64,000 bases of DNA, taken from the NCBI GenBank assembly GCA_051294375.1, contig JBJCIZ010000224.1, positions 1-64,000 on the forward strand, in the 5' to 3' direction. The position numbers were made by a program, and so were the translations under genes. This document shows positions 35,240-49,600 of this stretch, in pieces (the first letter of the stretch is position 1; each line of letters opens with the position of its first letter). Under the pieces are notes generated by a model. That model made no database searches, was not told where the DNA came from, and saw nothing but the letters and a program-made list of their open reading frames with translations. This DNA is from Paraspadella gotoi. Taxonomy: Eukaryota; Animalia; Chaetognatha.

Positions 35240-38200
35240 CTCTCCTCTCTGTCGGCGTGTTTTCCTATTCCGTATCTCCGAGAGCAGAGCGAGACTTGGA
35301 CTCCATCCCCTTCTACCGCCCCTCATGTCTCTCTCCCCGTTTTCGACGATGCGAAACGTACTCGCTGCGGCGTCTCTGCGCACCATGCCCGACACCTTGC
35401 CTCTCCTCCCAACGGTCGACCCACCCTACCGCAGTCCGCATAAAAATTAATAATAAAGTCGGTACACGCTCGCCTCCCTACCATATTCTGAGCTCTCATT
35501 CCTCCCTCCTTCTTCGACTTCGAACTTCGATTCGAGAGAGAGTTTAAATCTGGAGCAATATATTCGCTGTAATTCCAGCTTCTACAGTGTCCTTCGGTAC
35601 TTTCACATTTTTGGTTCTGTCTTTTCTTCTTTCTCTCACTTCACACTCCATTTATGTGGTCCTAGACTCTGCCGTTCTCTCTCTGTTGTCACTCATGCTT
35701 TATTCTTCCTCTCTACGCTTATTCTATCTCTTCTCCTCTTTCACTTTTTCTGCCCTTTTCCCTCGTTGTCCCTCTGTTTCCTCTTTCTGCCTTTTGTCGA
35801 GCAATGTTCTCCACGCTCGCGTGATTTGTCTCTCTCTTTCGACGATTCTTTGAATAATTCCAATTCCAAGCCTCTCGAGTCAATCTATATTCATACTTGC
35901 ATTGCTTTGTTTTTTTGCATTTTTTTTTCTCTTCTTCCTCTCACATCTTTCACGGCCAGCTATTTTCGCAGTCCTTATTCGTTTTCTCTCCCTCTCCTCG
36001 CAACATTACGCTACCCTGTTGTCATCCTCTTCCTCTCTCGCTCCTTCCCTCCTCTCGCCTCGCCCACTTCCGGTTCTCTCCCTTTCATGCTGCCCCCGCT
36101 CCTCTCCCTCACTGACCAAACGCGCTTCGCAAATCGAACGCACATGGGAGATGAGAGAAGCAAGAGCGAGGGAACGTAAGGATTCTCAATCCGGTCCTTC
36201 TTTCTCCTTCTCTTTTTTTTTCTACTTGACTTCTCAATCATCTCTACGAGATATCTCCGTCTTAGAGCATGTAACGATGTTATAATATATTGTCCGAGTC
36301 GCGAAGCCGGCATGCATCCTCTCTCTCTCTATTACCTTCTCTTTACTGATGTCACGTGTAATTCTCTGTGCGTTGTGGGTCTCTCTCTGCTTCTCTCCGT
36401 CCGCAGGGCTGGCTCCGCACGCCATGTCCGTTTTGGATCGCAGCAAATGCAAGCTAGAGGAGAAGCTAATAACGCTACCCCTAAGCGGTCCATGGAGTTG
36501 GCAAGGAGCCCTGGAACAGGCAATCACCGTCGAGAGATATTGAGAAGAATCATTTAAACTATATAAAAAAAAAAGAAGACACACAAACTAGAATCGAAGG
36601 ACGACGGAGCAGACGAGAAGGAGCCAACCACTTCTCTAGCTATATCTTCACACGCATCTACGTCCTACAGGACAGACGAATCGCGGCGAGAGAGAGAGCG
36701 AGACAGAAGAGCGAGCGAAAAGACAGAGAGCGGACTCCAGTTTGCCTGGCGAGAAGGGGGGGACAAACGAGGGGGCGTGTTTTTGCTTCGTGGGCGTGGC
36801 GCACATCCGGGGATAGAGAGTGAGGGGGAGACGGGTTGTCCGCGCCGGCACAGACTTTTTGAGAGAGAGATTCTGAGGAAGACGCGTTGGCGTATCGTGG
36901 TGGGGGCGAGTAATTGGATCTGGTAGAGTTGTCAGTTCAATGACATCGTTTGGCGTAGAGAAAGGACGGAGCAGTCGTGGCCCGAAATACGTACCGAGCA
37001 CGCGATTGTTCACATTACGAGAGCACCGGTCAGGCGAGGACGCTAGAAGCGTTTCATGTGAAACTTTTATCCGCTTGGCGAGGTCGAGGACGCGGGCCGG
37101 CTATTCGTTGCCACCGGCGACAGTATTTAATTATGTCTTTTAGAGCTGTATTGCTTGTCTTGAGAAATTCTGTTTTTTTAAGAGAACCTTGTTTTTAACG
37201 TTTGTTGTAACCGCGCCCATAAACTTTGTAAAGGCGAATGAATTTACGGGATCGCGTTTTATTTTCGATAGTTAGAAATAAATACGAGCGTGCGCGACGA
37301 CGTATGAACTGCAGGACGAACCGACGACGGCATGAGAACGTTACGACCGTATCGTATCCGAATTCCTACGAACCGGGCCACCGAGAGACGACGACGACGA
37401 GGACGAAAGCCGCCGAACAATTTAGGGTTATTTTAGATACAAGATCAAACATTTGAAACGGAGGCTGGAACGACAAAACGCACAACGAAAGCGACCCTTA
37501 GCGATCTCGCTTTGCGGCGCCGCGGACGTTGCCGGCGTGCGAGGGCGTCTCTGCAGCCGAGGTGTTAGCGAAGATTGTTCGAAAGACGGTCACGCAGAGT
37601 TGTGAGAGAATTCCTGAGTGTTGTAGAGATGTGCTTTACTTTTGATAAATCCGCGGCTTTTCACTTGATACCGTGCGAGTTTAATTCGCGCTAGGGACCG
37701 AGAGAAACAAGGCCAAGCGGGGAGAAGAGGACTGATGCTGGGGTTGATATAATAAAGAAGACTAGAACTAAATAATCGTGTCTCTCGCCTTCCCTTTCTC
37801 TCTCGCCGAAATTAACCGAGTCGCGGCGCGGAGGAGATGCGACCGGCGAAATGTTGCGAGGGGCAAAAGATAGCAGAGATACGCAGAGATGATTGAACGA
37901 GTAAGGCAGAGGACGCATGATGTAGATGGGAGAAGATCGTAGCAGAGAAAAAGATTGCAGCACGTCAGAGAGCAGGATTCCGGATGAGTACGGAGATAGA
38001 GCAGAGAAGCGACGACGAGAAAGAGAGAGAGGCCATTCGAAAGAGAGTAGAGAAAAAGGACGACGAAGGCGACGCCGAGCGCCCGAGGAGGATTATGTAG
38101 AACGGAACACCGAAGAGCTTGAGAGCATCTCCGATATACACGGAGAACGAGGAGAGAAGGAAAAAATAAAAGAAAAATGGTCCTAGAGGACGAGACTTGT

Positions 38201-38250
38201 AAGCTTTCGGGTCGATCGAAAAAAAGAAAAAAAATGGAGGAAAACGGCTG
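35240..38250 (+). repeat. Block X, insertion-rich copy of 57975-59670
   Basis: Anchors CGTTTTCGACGA, CCTGGCGAGAAGGGGGGGA, ATCCGGGGATAGAGAGTGAGGGG, GCGATCTCGCTT and CGAAAAAAAGAAAAAAA are in the same order. It is ~1.8 times longer than the clean copy. Confidence 0.85.
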
Positions 38251-40649
38251 TAGGAAAGATATTATATTACTAATATGATAACGAATATTAGAACATTATT
38301 ATATTAATTGATTAATTAATTTAACAAGACATACTTATTATCACGACCATCGTTCGAACACATTTAATAAATTCGATTACGTAAGCATTCTTGTTGTGGA
38401 TTTTTTTCATATAGTTCGAGCACGATGGCATTTCACTGTGGAGCTCGGCGTCCTATCGCCAGGTAGCTCTCGCCCTCCTCGCTCACCTCTCCACAAATCA
38501 GAGTCTCGCCCGATTGATCGAGCTTTCCGGCGGCGCATCTGAGTTGGTCGCGGAGCTGAAGCAGGTTGCAGAAGGGAAGATTTTCCGGATTACAACCCTC
38601 GGATGGCCGGGTCAATGTGTGCCCTGATGGTGTTGATGCAGGGAAACGAGGTTCGTACGACCATGGGATTTCAAAAAAGAGGCTAAGGTCTCTTCCAATA
38701 AAGAGATTCAAAGTGAATCAAGCCCCAATCGCCACTCGAGCTAGTTCATACTCTTACTCTGCTTGGGATAGCTTGTCGCAACAGTATCGGCAAAGAGGGT
38801 TCCAAATGACGCCCAAGTTTATGGTCCTCCCCAGATTTTTTTTCTTTGATACAGCTGGTGGAGTGCTTGGTGTTCCTGCCACTCAAGTTGATATGTACAG
38901 GCCCAAGGGTGATTTGTCACTCGGTCCATAGATGATGATTCAAAGGGGCCTTCTCAAGTCTGGAGTGGAGGTCTGCATTCTGCACTGGGGTTTACCCGCC
39001 GAGTGTGCCCAGAGCTGTGGGTGAACTCAGCCAGCTGGTTTCTTTGTTGTGTGGCCTCTAAGAGGGGCCTGCCACAGGAAATTTGGCGGGCTTCGAGTTG
39101 CTCCCTACGTGATGCTGGCTCGCGAGAATTCCAACCCACCTTAGCAGAAGATCAGGCGCAGAACAAAGAGGGAAAGGGAGGCTCATCAGAAGATTCTGTT
39201 CCCTCTGGAAAAAGAATTTCCGCATGGGTCTGGTAAAATAAAGTAGACAGGTTTGCTGCCTAAATCTGAATGAAAGCGCCTGAGTTTAAGCAGCAAATTA
39301 GAAGGGCCTAACAGGCGATTGACCATAGAAATTGGTTTTGAACCCGCGTTATTGAAAAACAAGATTTTGAACAAAATGCTGCTTAAGAAAAAAAAAACTA
39401 AAAAGTTTTTTGAAAAGAGATCTTAACAGATGAAAGAATTAAGAAGGTATAAAAGATTAAGCTTGACCTGCAAAGTGCAAGAATTGAGAATGCCTGTGAA
39501 GGGGCCCATAGATACATGAACAAGAATTACCCCTCTTTGAGATCCTCCTCAGCAGCCTAACACAGGAATATGGTTTTTGCAGACTGGAACGTCGAAAGGG
39601 CAAGCATTCCTTCCGTGATTGATGCTTTTTGCTTCCAATGGAGGTGATGGCTGGCTGCTGAACAAAAGCAGTAGAGAAGAATTCATGTTAAAGGAGAAAC
39701 AATCGATTTCAAAGCTCCTTCACCAGTCAGGTGCTTATTAGCTCTTCTGAATCCTTCCTGGCAGGGGTTTGTGGTTTCTCCTATTAAATCCAATACCTCT
39801 TCCTTTTGGTTTCAGCCGCGCAAGCAAAACCCCAGGAATTGGGCGCAGCCTTCCTCCCGGTCCCTCAACTTTGCCCAGGAATATGCCCTGCTGCATATGG
39901 CTTTGGTGGCAGCACTCTCTCCTCTGCAGCGTTAAAGCGTCCATGCCCTCAAGAAGCAGAAAAAAAATGGGGCAGTGCACACCAGCTAGGTTGTGCAACC
40001 TTTTCTTGAGGGAATTCCGCTTAAAACACGTTGAGACAAGTGTTCAAGGGCATGATCACTGGGCATGGATAAGTTTTTTGAGTTGTCTTGGAGTGGACCA
40101 GGGAAGGCGGCCAATATGGCCAATACAAGGAATTTAAGAAAGAATGCATGCTAATTGGTGATGAAGCTCCTGGGAGCGCTTCGCGGAAGACAAGATTGCC
40201 GTGAACAGATTGGGGCTACAGAGAAATGTACAGCTTTGATAAATTGGAAAAAGAGGCTTTTCTGATGAGGGGGAGTAATTTTCAAATTTCTCCCTCCTTC
40301 TGACCTACTCGACATCTGGTCTGCGCGATCAAATTTTGTTGGTGCAATCTCCAATTCGGAATTGGCAACGGGTGCATCGTCCTTTCTAACAATATTCAAT
40401 TGATAAGGAAATAATACGAACAGGAAAGGAGTTTGAACTGCCTCCAACTTGACGTCCTGCGGAGAATAAATGCCGAAAGACCGCGTCCCCTTATAGAGAA
40501 GCCTTGGAAGAAAAATCACCAAGAAATGACGGTACGGGTTGAAATAGTATAGGGGTGTTTTGCTTGCTTTTTATTATTTCCTTTTTTTCATGACAGTACG
40601 GCGCGGTAATTTTTTGGAGTCGGATTTCGGGAAATCCCGTACACTTTGT

Positions 40650-43600
40650 TGCTGTCAGAGAGAGGTGAGCTAGAGATACAGAACCAAAGCCCCAAATAAG
40701 AATGCACAAGGGACCGAGGAAGGAGCTGCTAGCATAGTAATACAAAGAATGTTACAAATGATCAAAACAAACAAACAAAAGAAAAATAACGAAAAAAAGA
40801 AAAAAAATGGTTCGTTTTAGTCGAGAGCGCGAAGGTCACGAGACGAGTTAGTCATACTACGGCAAGAAATGCCACATCTCATCATAAGTTCCACAAGGCT
40901 CAAGCATTTGTTCTGGTCTGGCAGTATAGAGCTGCTAATACCAGGTATGTTGGCTGAAGTCAGGGATTATATTTAACGTAACGCCAACTGTACGGTGATA
41001 TGCGAGCTGCTCATTTGTAAAAGACAAGCAGAACAAGTAGCAAGTCAGAACCGAAACAGTTTGGAGAAACGATTCAACAGGCAATAAATCCCTAGCAACA
41101 TTAATCTGTTTTGACAAAACGATAAGACGACTTATTAACTGGAGAGATATCCAAAAAGACTAATTACCTGCATAAGTGGCAAAACGAAGGACTTAGCTCG
41201 TGTGAATTTAGATGTATCCACGAAGAAATTACTGTAAACTAGAGTGAAGCCACAATACTTGAGTCTGGCGCAAACGCGAATCTGGCGAATTCCGTTCTGA
41301 TGGTTGTTTCTCTTGTTCAAATTGGGTTTATCTCAAAATTCTGTGTCTGAACGAGTTTCTCTTAAACTAGAAATTTATCACGGTCCTGTAGAAATGGACA
41401 ATTGAGGCAAAATGGCTACATGTCAGATCGATGACGGACGAATCCCTTGATGCTGCTGGCGGCAGCAACGGAGTTGAGCGACATTCTGTTCGACATCGTC
41501 ATATGGATTTTTGCTCTAAGAAGATCTCGAGGCGAGAAGAGGAGAGAGGATGAGCCACGTGGTAGACGTCGCAAAGACAAAGAAGGGATGTCGGAGAGGC
41601 GGCACCGAATTCAGATCGTGAGGCGAGGAAACCGCACAATAGACGAAGACAACCGACACTAACGCGAGAGACTGACTCCAGTGTGACTAGGGTTTTGCGA
41701 CTGAGCGCTCAATCGCAAAATTCGATAACCAAACGGGACTTTCGCACCTCATATACATAAGCTCCACGAGAATATTTAAAGAGAGATAACTTATGAGCCT
41801 GTGCGTGTAACTGAAAGACCCACAAAAAAGTCAGTCAGCAAAGGGCAATTGATATGCTTTCAGTAGCAATTAGAATGCGTTTACACAGATCTTTAGAGTC
41901 TTATGTCTGCAGTAAACAAATTAATATTTAAAGTATATAATGATCCGTAGCGGGTAAGTTAAACTTATTATGGCGAAGGAGGTTCAATCTCGATGAGTAC
42001 AAGTTGTTTTAAACTTGCGAACTCTGTTGCCTGTAAGTAATATAATGGCAGCATTCGTTGGATCTCTGACTAAGTAACCTGCTTAGTGCTTCGTCTAACT
42101 TTTATTATAGTAGTTCTGGAAAAAGAAGGATCGAGTTGGAGAGTAATGGAGCATGCCATCTCCTTTTTCCCTTTTGTGAATTTCTCCTGAAGCGAGCATC
42201 TTCTTTCTAAAGTCTCCATCTAATGCGTTGGAGGAGAGTCATTCACTGCATAGTCGCTTGCGCACTCTTTAGATACTCTCTTCTTCGCGAAATACTCTCT
42301 TTCATTTCTCCACTTTTCACGTCGGTCGGAAGCGTGGAGGAGAAGGAGGATCAGCGGTCGGGGTGCAGTTTCTTTGGTAATTGTTTCGACTCTGTCGTCT
42401 CTCTTGTCTTCTAGGACATATCGCATTAAATAATATGGCTGCTAATATTTTAAATACATTCGCTGACGAAATAATGGTTGCTGATTTTTTGTTAAGGGAT
42501 ACAGTACGTGGAATAAACCCTCAAGTTTCAAGTGACCTGACGCATAGACGTCCAGTACCTACCCAGGAATCCTAAACCTAAATGAAATGGTCAAGAAGGA
42601 GGAATCCTTGGTATGATGCACAACTACCGTTAAGGATCAAGAATAATAAATAAAGATTCAACGTAGAGCGTATTTCCGGCATAAAAGTTTCACTTTGTAA
42701 TCATGTAGTCGTTCTCGGAGTGGTCCCTATCATGAAAGTTTGTGCTTTTATTCCTTCCTTCCTGTATAAATGAGATTTGATCTGTGATCATGGGTGTCCA
42801 TTTTTATTTTCCTTTTTCGTTATCATTCTTAGTCAAATGCATCGAAATATTTCTCATGGACTAACTTTCACAACCTCTAATATTAATTATAATCCCTATC
42901 CAAAATTCGGTTCTCGGTTTTTCCCCCCTGGCCGCCCTATATGTGGTGCTCTCCCTGCTCTTTCTTCTTTTCTTTCTTGCCCTCTTTCTTTCCATTCTCT
43001 TCTTTTCTTCTCGTTCCTCTCCTCCCCTCGGCCCTCTTCCTTTCTTTTCTTCCTTTATCCTCTCCCAACCTTTAATCGCCTCTTTCGGCGCTCAGATTCC
43101 TGTACACTAATTCTCAAAACCCTACCCTTACCCTCTTTCCTCTTCTACGATTTGGAAGAGAGTATCCTGTAACCTCTCCCTCCAGCTTCTTTCTGCTCGT
43201 ATGCGACTCCCTGCCGCTTATCACGAACATCCCAAGCTCGCGCGATATGGTGCACTCGCAGATAGCTTCTTATGACTTCTCCCTTTCCTCCGCGTCTTCA
43301 CTCCACTCTCTCAATCTCATACCACTAAGTGCCGCCTCCAGCTGTATTCCGTCGTCACGCCCTTCAACCTCCTTTTATTTCCTTCGCTAAGACGCCATCC
43401 GGCCAGGCAGTGTTGTGATCCCACGGCGGCGGAGCCAGATTGTAGAGGAGACATAGTCCCGTGCGCTGACAACGCTCCAGTGAAGACCCCAATGCGGTCT
43501 CGTTAGAGGGCGATTGGAGATCCGTCTAGGGCCACGCCGCCGATTCGCCCACACTGCTTCGCCGTCTCTCTCTCTCTCTCAGCCTCTCTCTACCTCTCTC

Positions 43601-46600
43601 TCTCTCTGCGTCTCTCTCTCCTCATCTTCTCTCTCTCTCCTCATCTCCTTCTCGTTCTTTACCGGTCCGACTCTCAACTTCGAGCTCTCACGCTTCTTTT
43701 TAGAGACCCGCTTGGATTAGGCGTCCTCCCCTTCTCCTGTCTTTTAATCGTCGCGCGGGTCCATCTCCTCCCGTTCCCGCCACTTGATAAATGTTTTCTG
43801 TGATAGGATGTCTGAACAGTCTTTATTTCAAAACTACTCAGGTCTACTGTCTGCCTGTCCCTGTCTGTATTTTCCTCTCTGTGTGTCTCCTGTTGAGACA
43901 TCTACTGAGCGGTAAAGATGAGCAATTTCTCAAGCGTTGTCCTTTTACAAGCTGTTTTTGTCTCTCTTCGACTCTCATCCGGCTCTGTGATCTAGAGCTG
44001 TCGTGTCCTCTTCTTTATACCATTTGCGTCTCTCCGTCATCTTTCTGGGCTGCGCGACAACCTCCCCTCCCTCTCCTCTCTCTGTCCCCCTCACTCCATG
44101 AGAAGGAATCATCGCGGCGCGCTCCGAATCTCTCTCTATTCTCCTTTTATCCTCACGAGTCAATGAGATGCGTATTCTTGATTGGTAAGTGAAGGAATTC
44201 CTCTGTACAGAACTGATTCCACGCGAACGAGAACGCCACGGTGTTCATATCTCTGTGTATATTTGTGTTCTTGTTTTTCTTTCAGCTGTTTGTAAGTTCT
44301 ATTAAACGCTAGTCCCTCTTTTCTCGGCGGTCTGTTTCTCCACAGGAATATTTCTCTCTCGCCCTTCCTCCCTTTTCCTCTTTTCTCACTTCTTGGTATC
44401 CACTATGTTCTCCACTGTTGCGCTTCCTTCTTTCCTTTTACCTTTCTGTTTTTTAAAGCTGCGATGAACCTTCTCCACCGTTTCTTTCCAGCCGCCTTGA
44501 CCATGCTCACTTCTTTTCTTTACAAATTTAACCTTTCCTTTTCCTCTGTGCCATGTCCTTCGTAATTTAAGTGCCAGAGGAGAAAAGTCTCATTGCTCAC
44601 ACGTTTGCTTCGCGTGATCATTCGCGTTTTCTTTCACTTGAAGTCTTCTCTTTTGACTATCCCACCTATCGTGAATGGGATTTTGTCAAGGAGTTGCCGT
44701 TTGGATGAATTCTTTCCGGCAGTGCACCGCACATCTGCAAGATCTGTCAGAAGGTCAGTGACCCTTCTTTTTTTTTTTTCTTATATAGCTATTTCCGCTG
44801 CGACACAGCCTGCCCCTATTTCCTTTCCTCCAACGTGCTATCGTTTCCTTCTTTATAGTACGCGACGCAAGACTGCACATATGCGCCTGAGGCAAGGATT
44901 TCCTGTCAGGATTTCTGCCCTTTATGTTCCATGGCGAGAAGCATATTGTAAGTATATGCATGAGGCGTCTAATATCCTTTTCCTCAACACTTTTTTCCAC
45001 AACTCAGTCAAGCCGTCTTCTCAACGTGCTAGGTTTTTTTTTCCCTATTTGTCACTTCTGTGAACTCCCAACGCCGTACATGTTTATAACTTTCTAATTG
45101 TGTTATTTTTCGTTATCATCTTTCTCTGATCCTTTGGGTCTTCACCTGCTTCTTCGCTTAGGGAGAAGCCTATTATGCTTTGACTCGGCTCGCGCATCGC
45201 GTGTCGGTGATATCAGCTTTTTCTTACTTACAGACAGACAGAGCGCACGAGGTGTTGTTATTCTGCGATATTTTTTTTATGCTTCTCTCCTTGACTCTTT
45301 ATATTAAGTCTTTGTGATGTGGCCCTTCTATTGTGGCGCTTCGGTCATTCTGAGGTCTTTCGACGCCTTGATCACAAAATAAACAAGCTATCAAAATCGA
45401 CTGCGTTTCGGTTGTCAACGTTTGAAGCCCTCCCAATCTCCCTGTGCTCTTTATTGGGCGCGTGTGGTCAACGTTCACCATTGGCTGACGCGTTGGTCGT
45501 CTGCAACACAATCCATCCTTTATCGATTTTTGAGCTGCACTCTCGGGACTTGTATGTTCGATGACATTATGAATGGGCTCCAGCCAATTCCTCGTTGAAG
45601 AATGCTTAACAAGAGTTCTAATATTCGAATCGCGAGACAGTGATTTGCCGGCCTGAGTTATGTTGGCCTTTTCTCAACCGTCACCAAATGGCGAATCGAA
45701 TGACCCTGAGCATGCTGAAAGTCAGGACCCGACTCATTCGGGATTGTGGCCATCAGACCCCTTTGAAAGAGGCTGAAGGATCCTGATGAAGCGCTGATGG
45801 GCAGGCCCTTGGCGTAGCTATGCGCCATTCTATAGCGCAACGATGATTTTGGAATTTTCCCCTTCTATCAAAGGTGGATTCACGCCATTAAACTTTACAC
45901 ACTTTTTTTCGCATGTGGCGAGAAGATTACTGCGAAGTGGAGAGAGATACTAAATAGTAAGAGAATTAAGTCAGTTTTTGAATTTTTGTGTGAAAAACGG
46001 CTGGAGATACAGCGAATAAATTCTCTTCTGAGTTATTTGACATCCTCCTATCTAGGAATCCAGATCTCTCACACATATGTCCATAATTCCATTTTTTGCC
46101 TCGATAGTTCAGTAATACATGCGTTGCCAAAAAAGACAAGCTTGTGTGTATAGATGGGATGCAATTGGAGGATTATGATCCTATTGCCCAGAGGATAGAG
46201 ATATTGATTGAGTATCAATTTTTTAAGGATATGAAGCAAAGGTAGATAACGCCGACATCGATTCTTGGCTCGGTATGGGGATATTTGAGGATTATATTAA
46301 GAAAAAATAATTGAAAGCGCGACTCAGAAGATACCGCTATTCTTCCAATCGAGTTTTGGCTAGATGTTGGCCTTAGAGACAAGAGGATCAGTCTCCAAAT
46401 CACTGTTTGGTGAATACGCGAAAAAGTCACATGGAAAGAGCATGAATGTTAGCAGATGACAGGGTTTGCTTATCCTTCGCTTTGTGAAGTGTCACTACTA
46501 GAGCATAATGTTCTCCCCACCGCAATATTTGTTTATTTGTGACATATCTTAATTAGCACGATCCGAAGAGGTGAGTATGACCACTCCAATCAAAAATCTA

Positions 46601-49600
46601 CATAATAGATAGCACAAGGTCTTGTTCAGGTAAGACTACTCTTCCCTTCTTGTAGCGTTTCTCTGCGATATTTGTTTGGAACGAACTGCTCAGCGTTGTG
46701 TCTGGCCTGGTCGGACCTCTTTTTTCACTAGTTCTGCTAAACATAGAACCTATTGAGTATGATCGCAGATCAGTGACCTCTGTCGGTCGATCTTCAATGT
46801 GTCCTTTAAAACAGAATTCTGTCAATTACCTAGAGAATCCCCCGTTTTTTTCTTAAAATTAAAAGGGTCTTTTTGGTTTGCGAATCCTCGCGCGTCCACA
46901 ACATATGATTCCTGCAAAGGACGACGCCTGAATTAGTGGACACACTTATGTCCCTACCTGACGTTAATTAATCTCCTGCTGACATGTCGTTTCCAGTGGG
47001 CTTGAGGGCCTGTATGAGAAGGAAGAAAGTGGGACCAACCCAGTCAGGTCCCCAGTTCTTTCTCCGAGAGTTGCCCACTTTGTGCTGCCAGTGGGAGCAG
47101 ATTGACCGCAGAGCCGACAGAAGTTACTGTCGTGCAGATAGTGAACATCTAATGTTCACCTAAAGTTGCTCGTGAAGGGATTACAACTTTTCGTTTGATC
47201 CTTTTGTTTGACCGCTCTCTCTTTGAGAATGTTTTCCAACATGGAAAATGAAGGCGCGTTTCGACTCCTCATTTTCGATCTTTGCAGCGGTTCTGGACCA
47301 CCTCTTCAAGGTTCCTGCTCGGCATAATTCCTTGAATCCTCTTGAGCGTGCTGAGCGTGACCTCTTGGTCCGGTTAATTGCAGCAGCAGTCATTCTTCAT
47401 GCAGAATTGACTAGCTTTGGCGATTTTCGGAGAGATGTCGACTTGACGAGAGCTCGAAATCGGTGGAATTCCCCTCTGCTAGTAAATGCCTTGACCCCTT
47501 TGTTTGTATGATGCCGCTTATCCTCTTCTTCTTCCTTCGAGTTTCTTAGGCGGTTCTGGCAGACTTGAAACACCAGGCGGACGAGGACGTAATCAGACTC
47601 ACGAGGTTGCCACGAGACCATTCGGTGGTATACTTTGCTTCCCATCTCTTGACTCAAGGTCTAGGCCATCTTGTCAAGGACCTGATTCCAGCTATAGGTA
47701 CTGTTCGCTGTCCATGAAGACACGAGTTTGGCGATGGTGGGGTTCTCGATTCTCGGCCCTCTCTCTCTCACGTTGGCTATCAACCTTTTCTCTCCGGTCT
47801 AAAGTTCTGGATCATTAGGAGGTCTCTCCAGGGGCGCGCTCTCTGTCCCTACCCTCAGCATCAATGAGAATGTGCCATTTCTCTCTCTCGTTTTCATTGC
47901 CTCCTCCTAATCTCGAAGATTGTCTCCGAGCCTCCTCGCAATCTAAACTGTACCAGAAAAATGGCAACCGCTTTCTCTGCACCGATCGTTCTCTCGTACA
48001 CGTCAGGTCTCTCATCCATTCTTCCCTTCCTCTATCCCATTTCCTCCCTTTCTTTTTCCCGCTGCTCGAGCTTTCGCTGGTGTAGACCTACGTTCGAGCC
48101 AGTTTACTGTTTCTCCGACTATTGGGCGTGCGTCGGTTCGTCTCGTGCGAGTCGTCGGTCGCAGCTGTCCGGATATAAGAAAAATGGGTTGGGTGTGGTC
48201 TGTGCTCTTTCGAAAAATGTCGCGTCTCACGGACTCCACGTCCGAAGGCGCCTAACACGAATTTTTTTCTTTGGAGGTCGTCGATGTACTTTTTAGTAGT
48301 CGACGTCGGACGTCGATCAGATTTATACATTACTTGCTCAGATCTTTGCTATCCTGTAATAATTAGAGGCCGGAATCTTACACCTAGCGATTTGTCAAGC
48401 CCTAAAATATATCAACTCAGGAGAGAATCCGTCGAGCAATGTTTGCTCAATGATGTAGCGTTCCAACCATAAACTACAAGGGGATGCCGTCTATAATTCG
48501 TTGAGTAGAGATTATAAATGGAGGAGTTTGATGAAAGCGATACACAGGAACAGCAAACTTATGTATTATACGGGGGCACGAAAAAGGCGAAAAATACAAA
48601 CACATTGTGGGCTCAGTCAGGTTCTTTTTGTGAGACTGCTTTTAATATTGGCAACCTCAGGCAAACTAACCGCACCAGGGGTGGAGTGTGGGAGAGGTTG
48701 GTGAGGTCAATGTAAGGTGCACGGGCCCAAATGTGGGTTTTTGCTCTTGAATCGTAGAGGTTTCCCATGATCTCTGCCGGCCTGAGGTGTTCCCAATAAA
48801 ACCCCTTGTGGCCTGTGGTCCGCTGGCGCATCCTCAAAACACCGGCGTCCTATCACTAGGGTGTCGAGATCCTAGCGAACGTACCAAAATCTTGGGCTCT
48901 TAACAACACCTAATGACTTTCTCCTCACTATGGACTGACAAGAACCTTAACAGAGGCGATGCTCGTACTCATCTCGGAAAGATGCCATATCACACACAGC
49001 AGGCACTTGATAGTGGGTTGTGATCCACATGTCGGGCGAGGAAGGAGGATTATTGGAATGCAGATTTCGCAGAGCCTTGGTCTGAATATCTATCCTGGCA
49101 AGAGACTAGGCCAGAGGTATTCGAAGTAAGTATTTTGGTAACTTCCAGAGAATTTGCAGAATACGCCAGAAATGAATGGCTGACGACGTAGCACATATAT
49201 TCTTCTCGTATCTTAACATGGACGATGTATTGTAAACTCCGTTGGGAAACCCCTCGAGCCTTGTGCACGAGAGACGCTGGAATAATGGCGATAGTTAGAA
49301 AAAGAGACGAATGCCTGTTGCTACAAATATAATTAATACAACCTTAAAGTGGAAAATATTATTGGATACCTCGGAGAGTTGAATTTGTTCGTAAAAGTAA
49401 AACCATAAATTGAGGGCCAAGAAACACGCGAGTCTTTGATGGAAAACCAAAAGGCAGGCATCCATTACAAACAGGCTACACGCGTCCTATATCACAGGTG
49501 TAAGCTATGGCGTCAAAAGAGGGTAGTTTGGAGGGGTAAGGTAAAGTAATAAAGGTACATTAGACACCTGATGGTGATGCGCGACGCATAGTGGCGAAGC

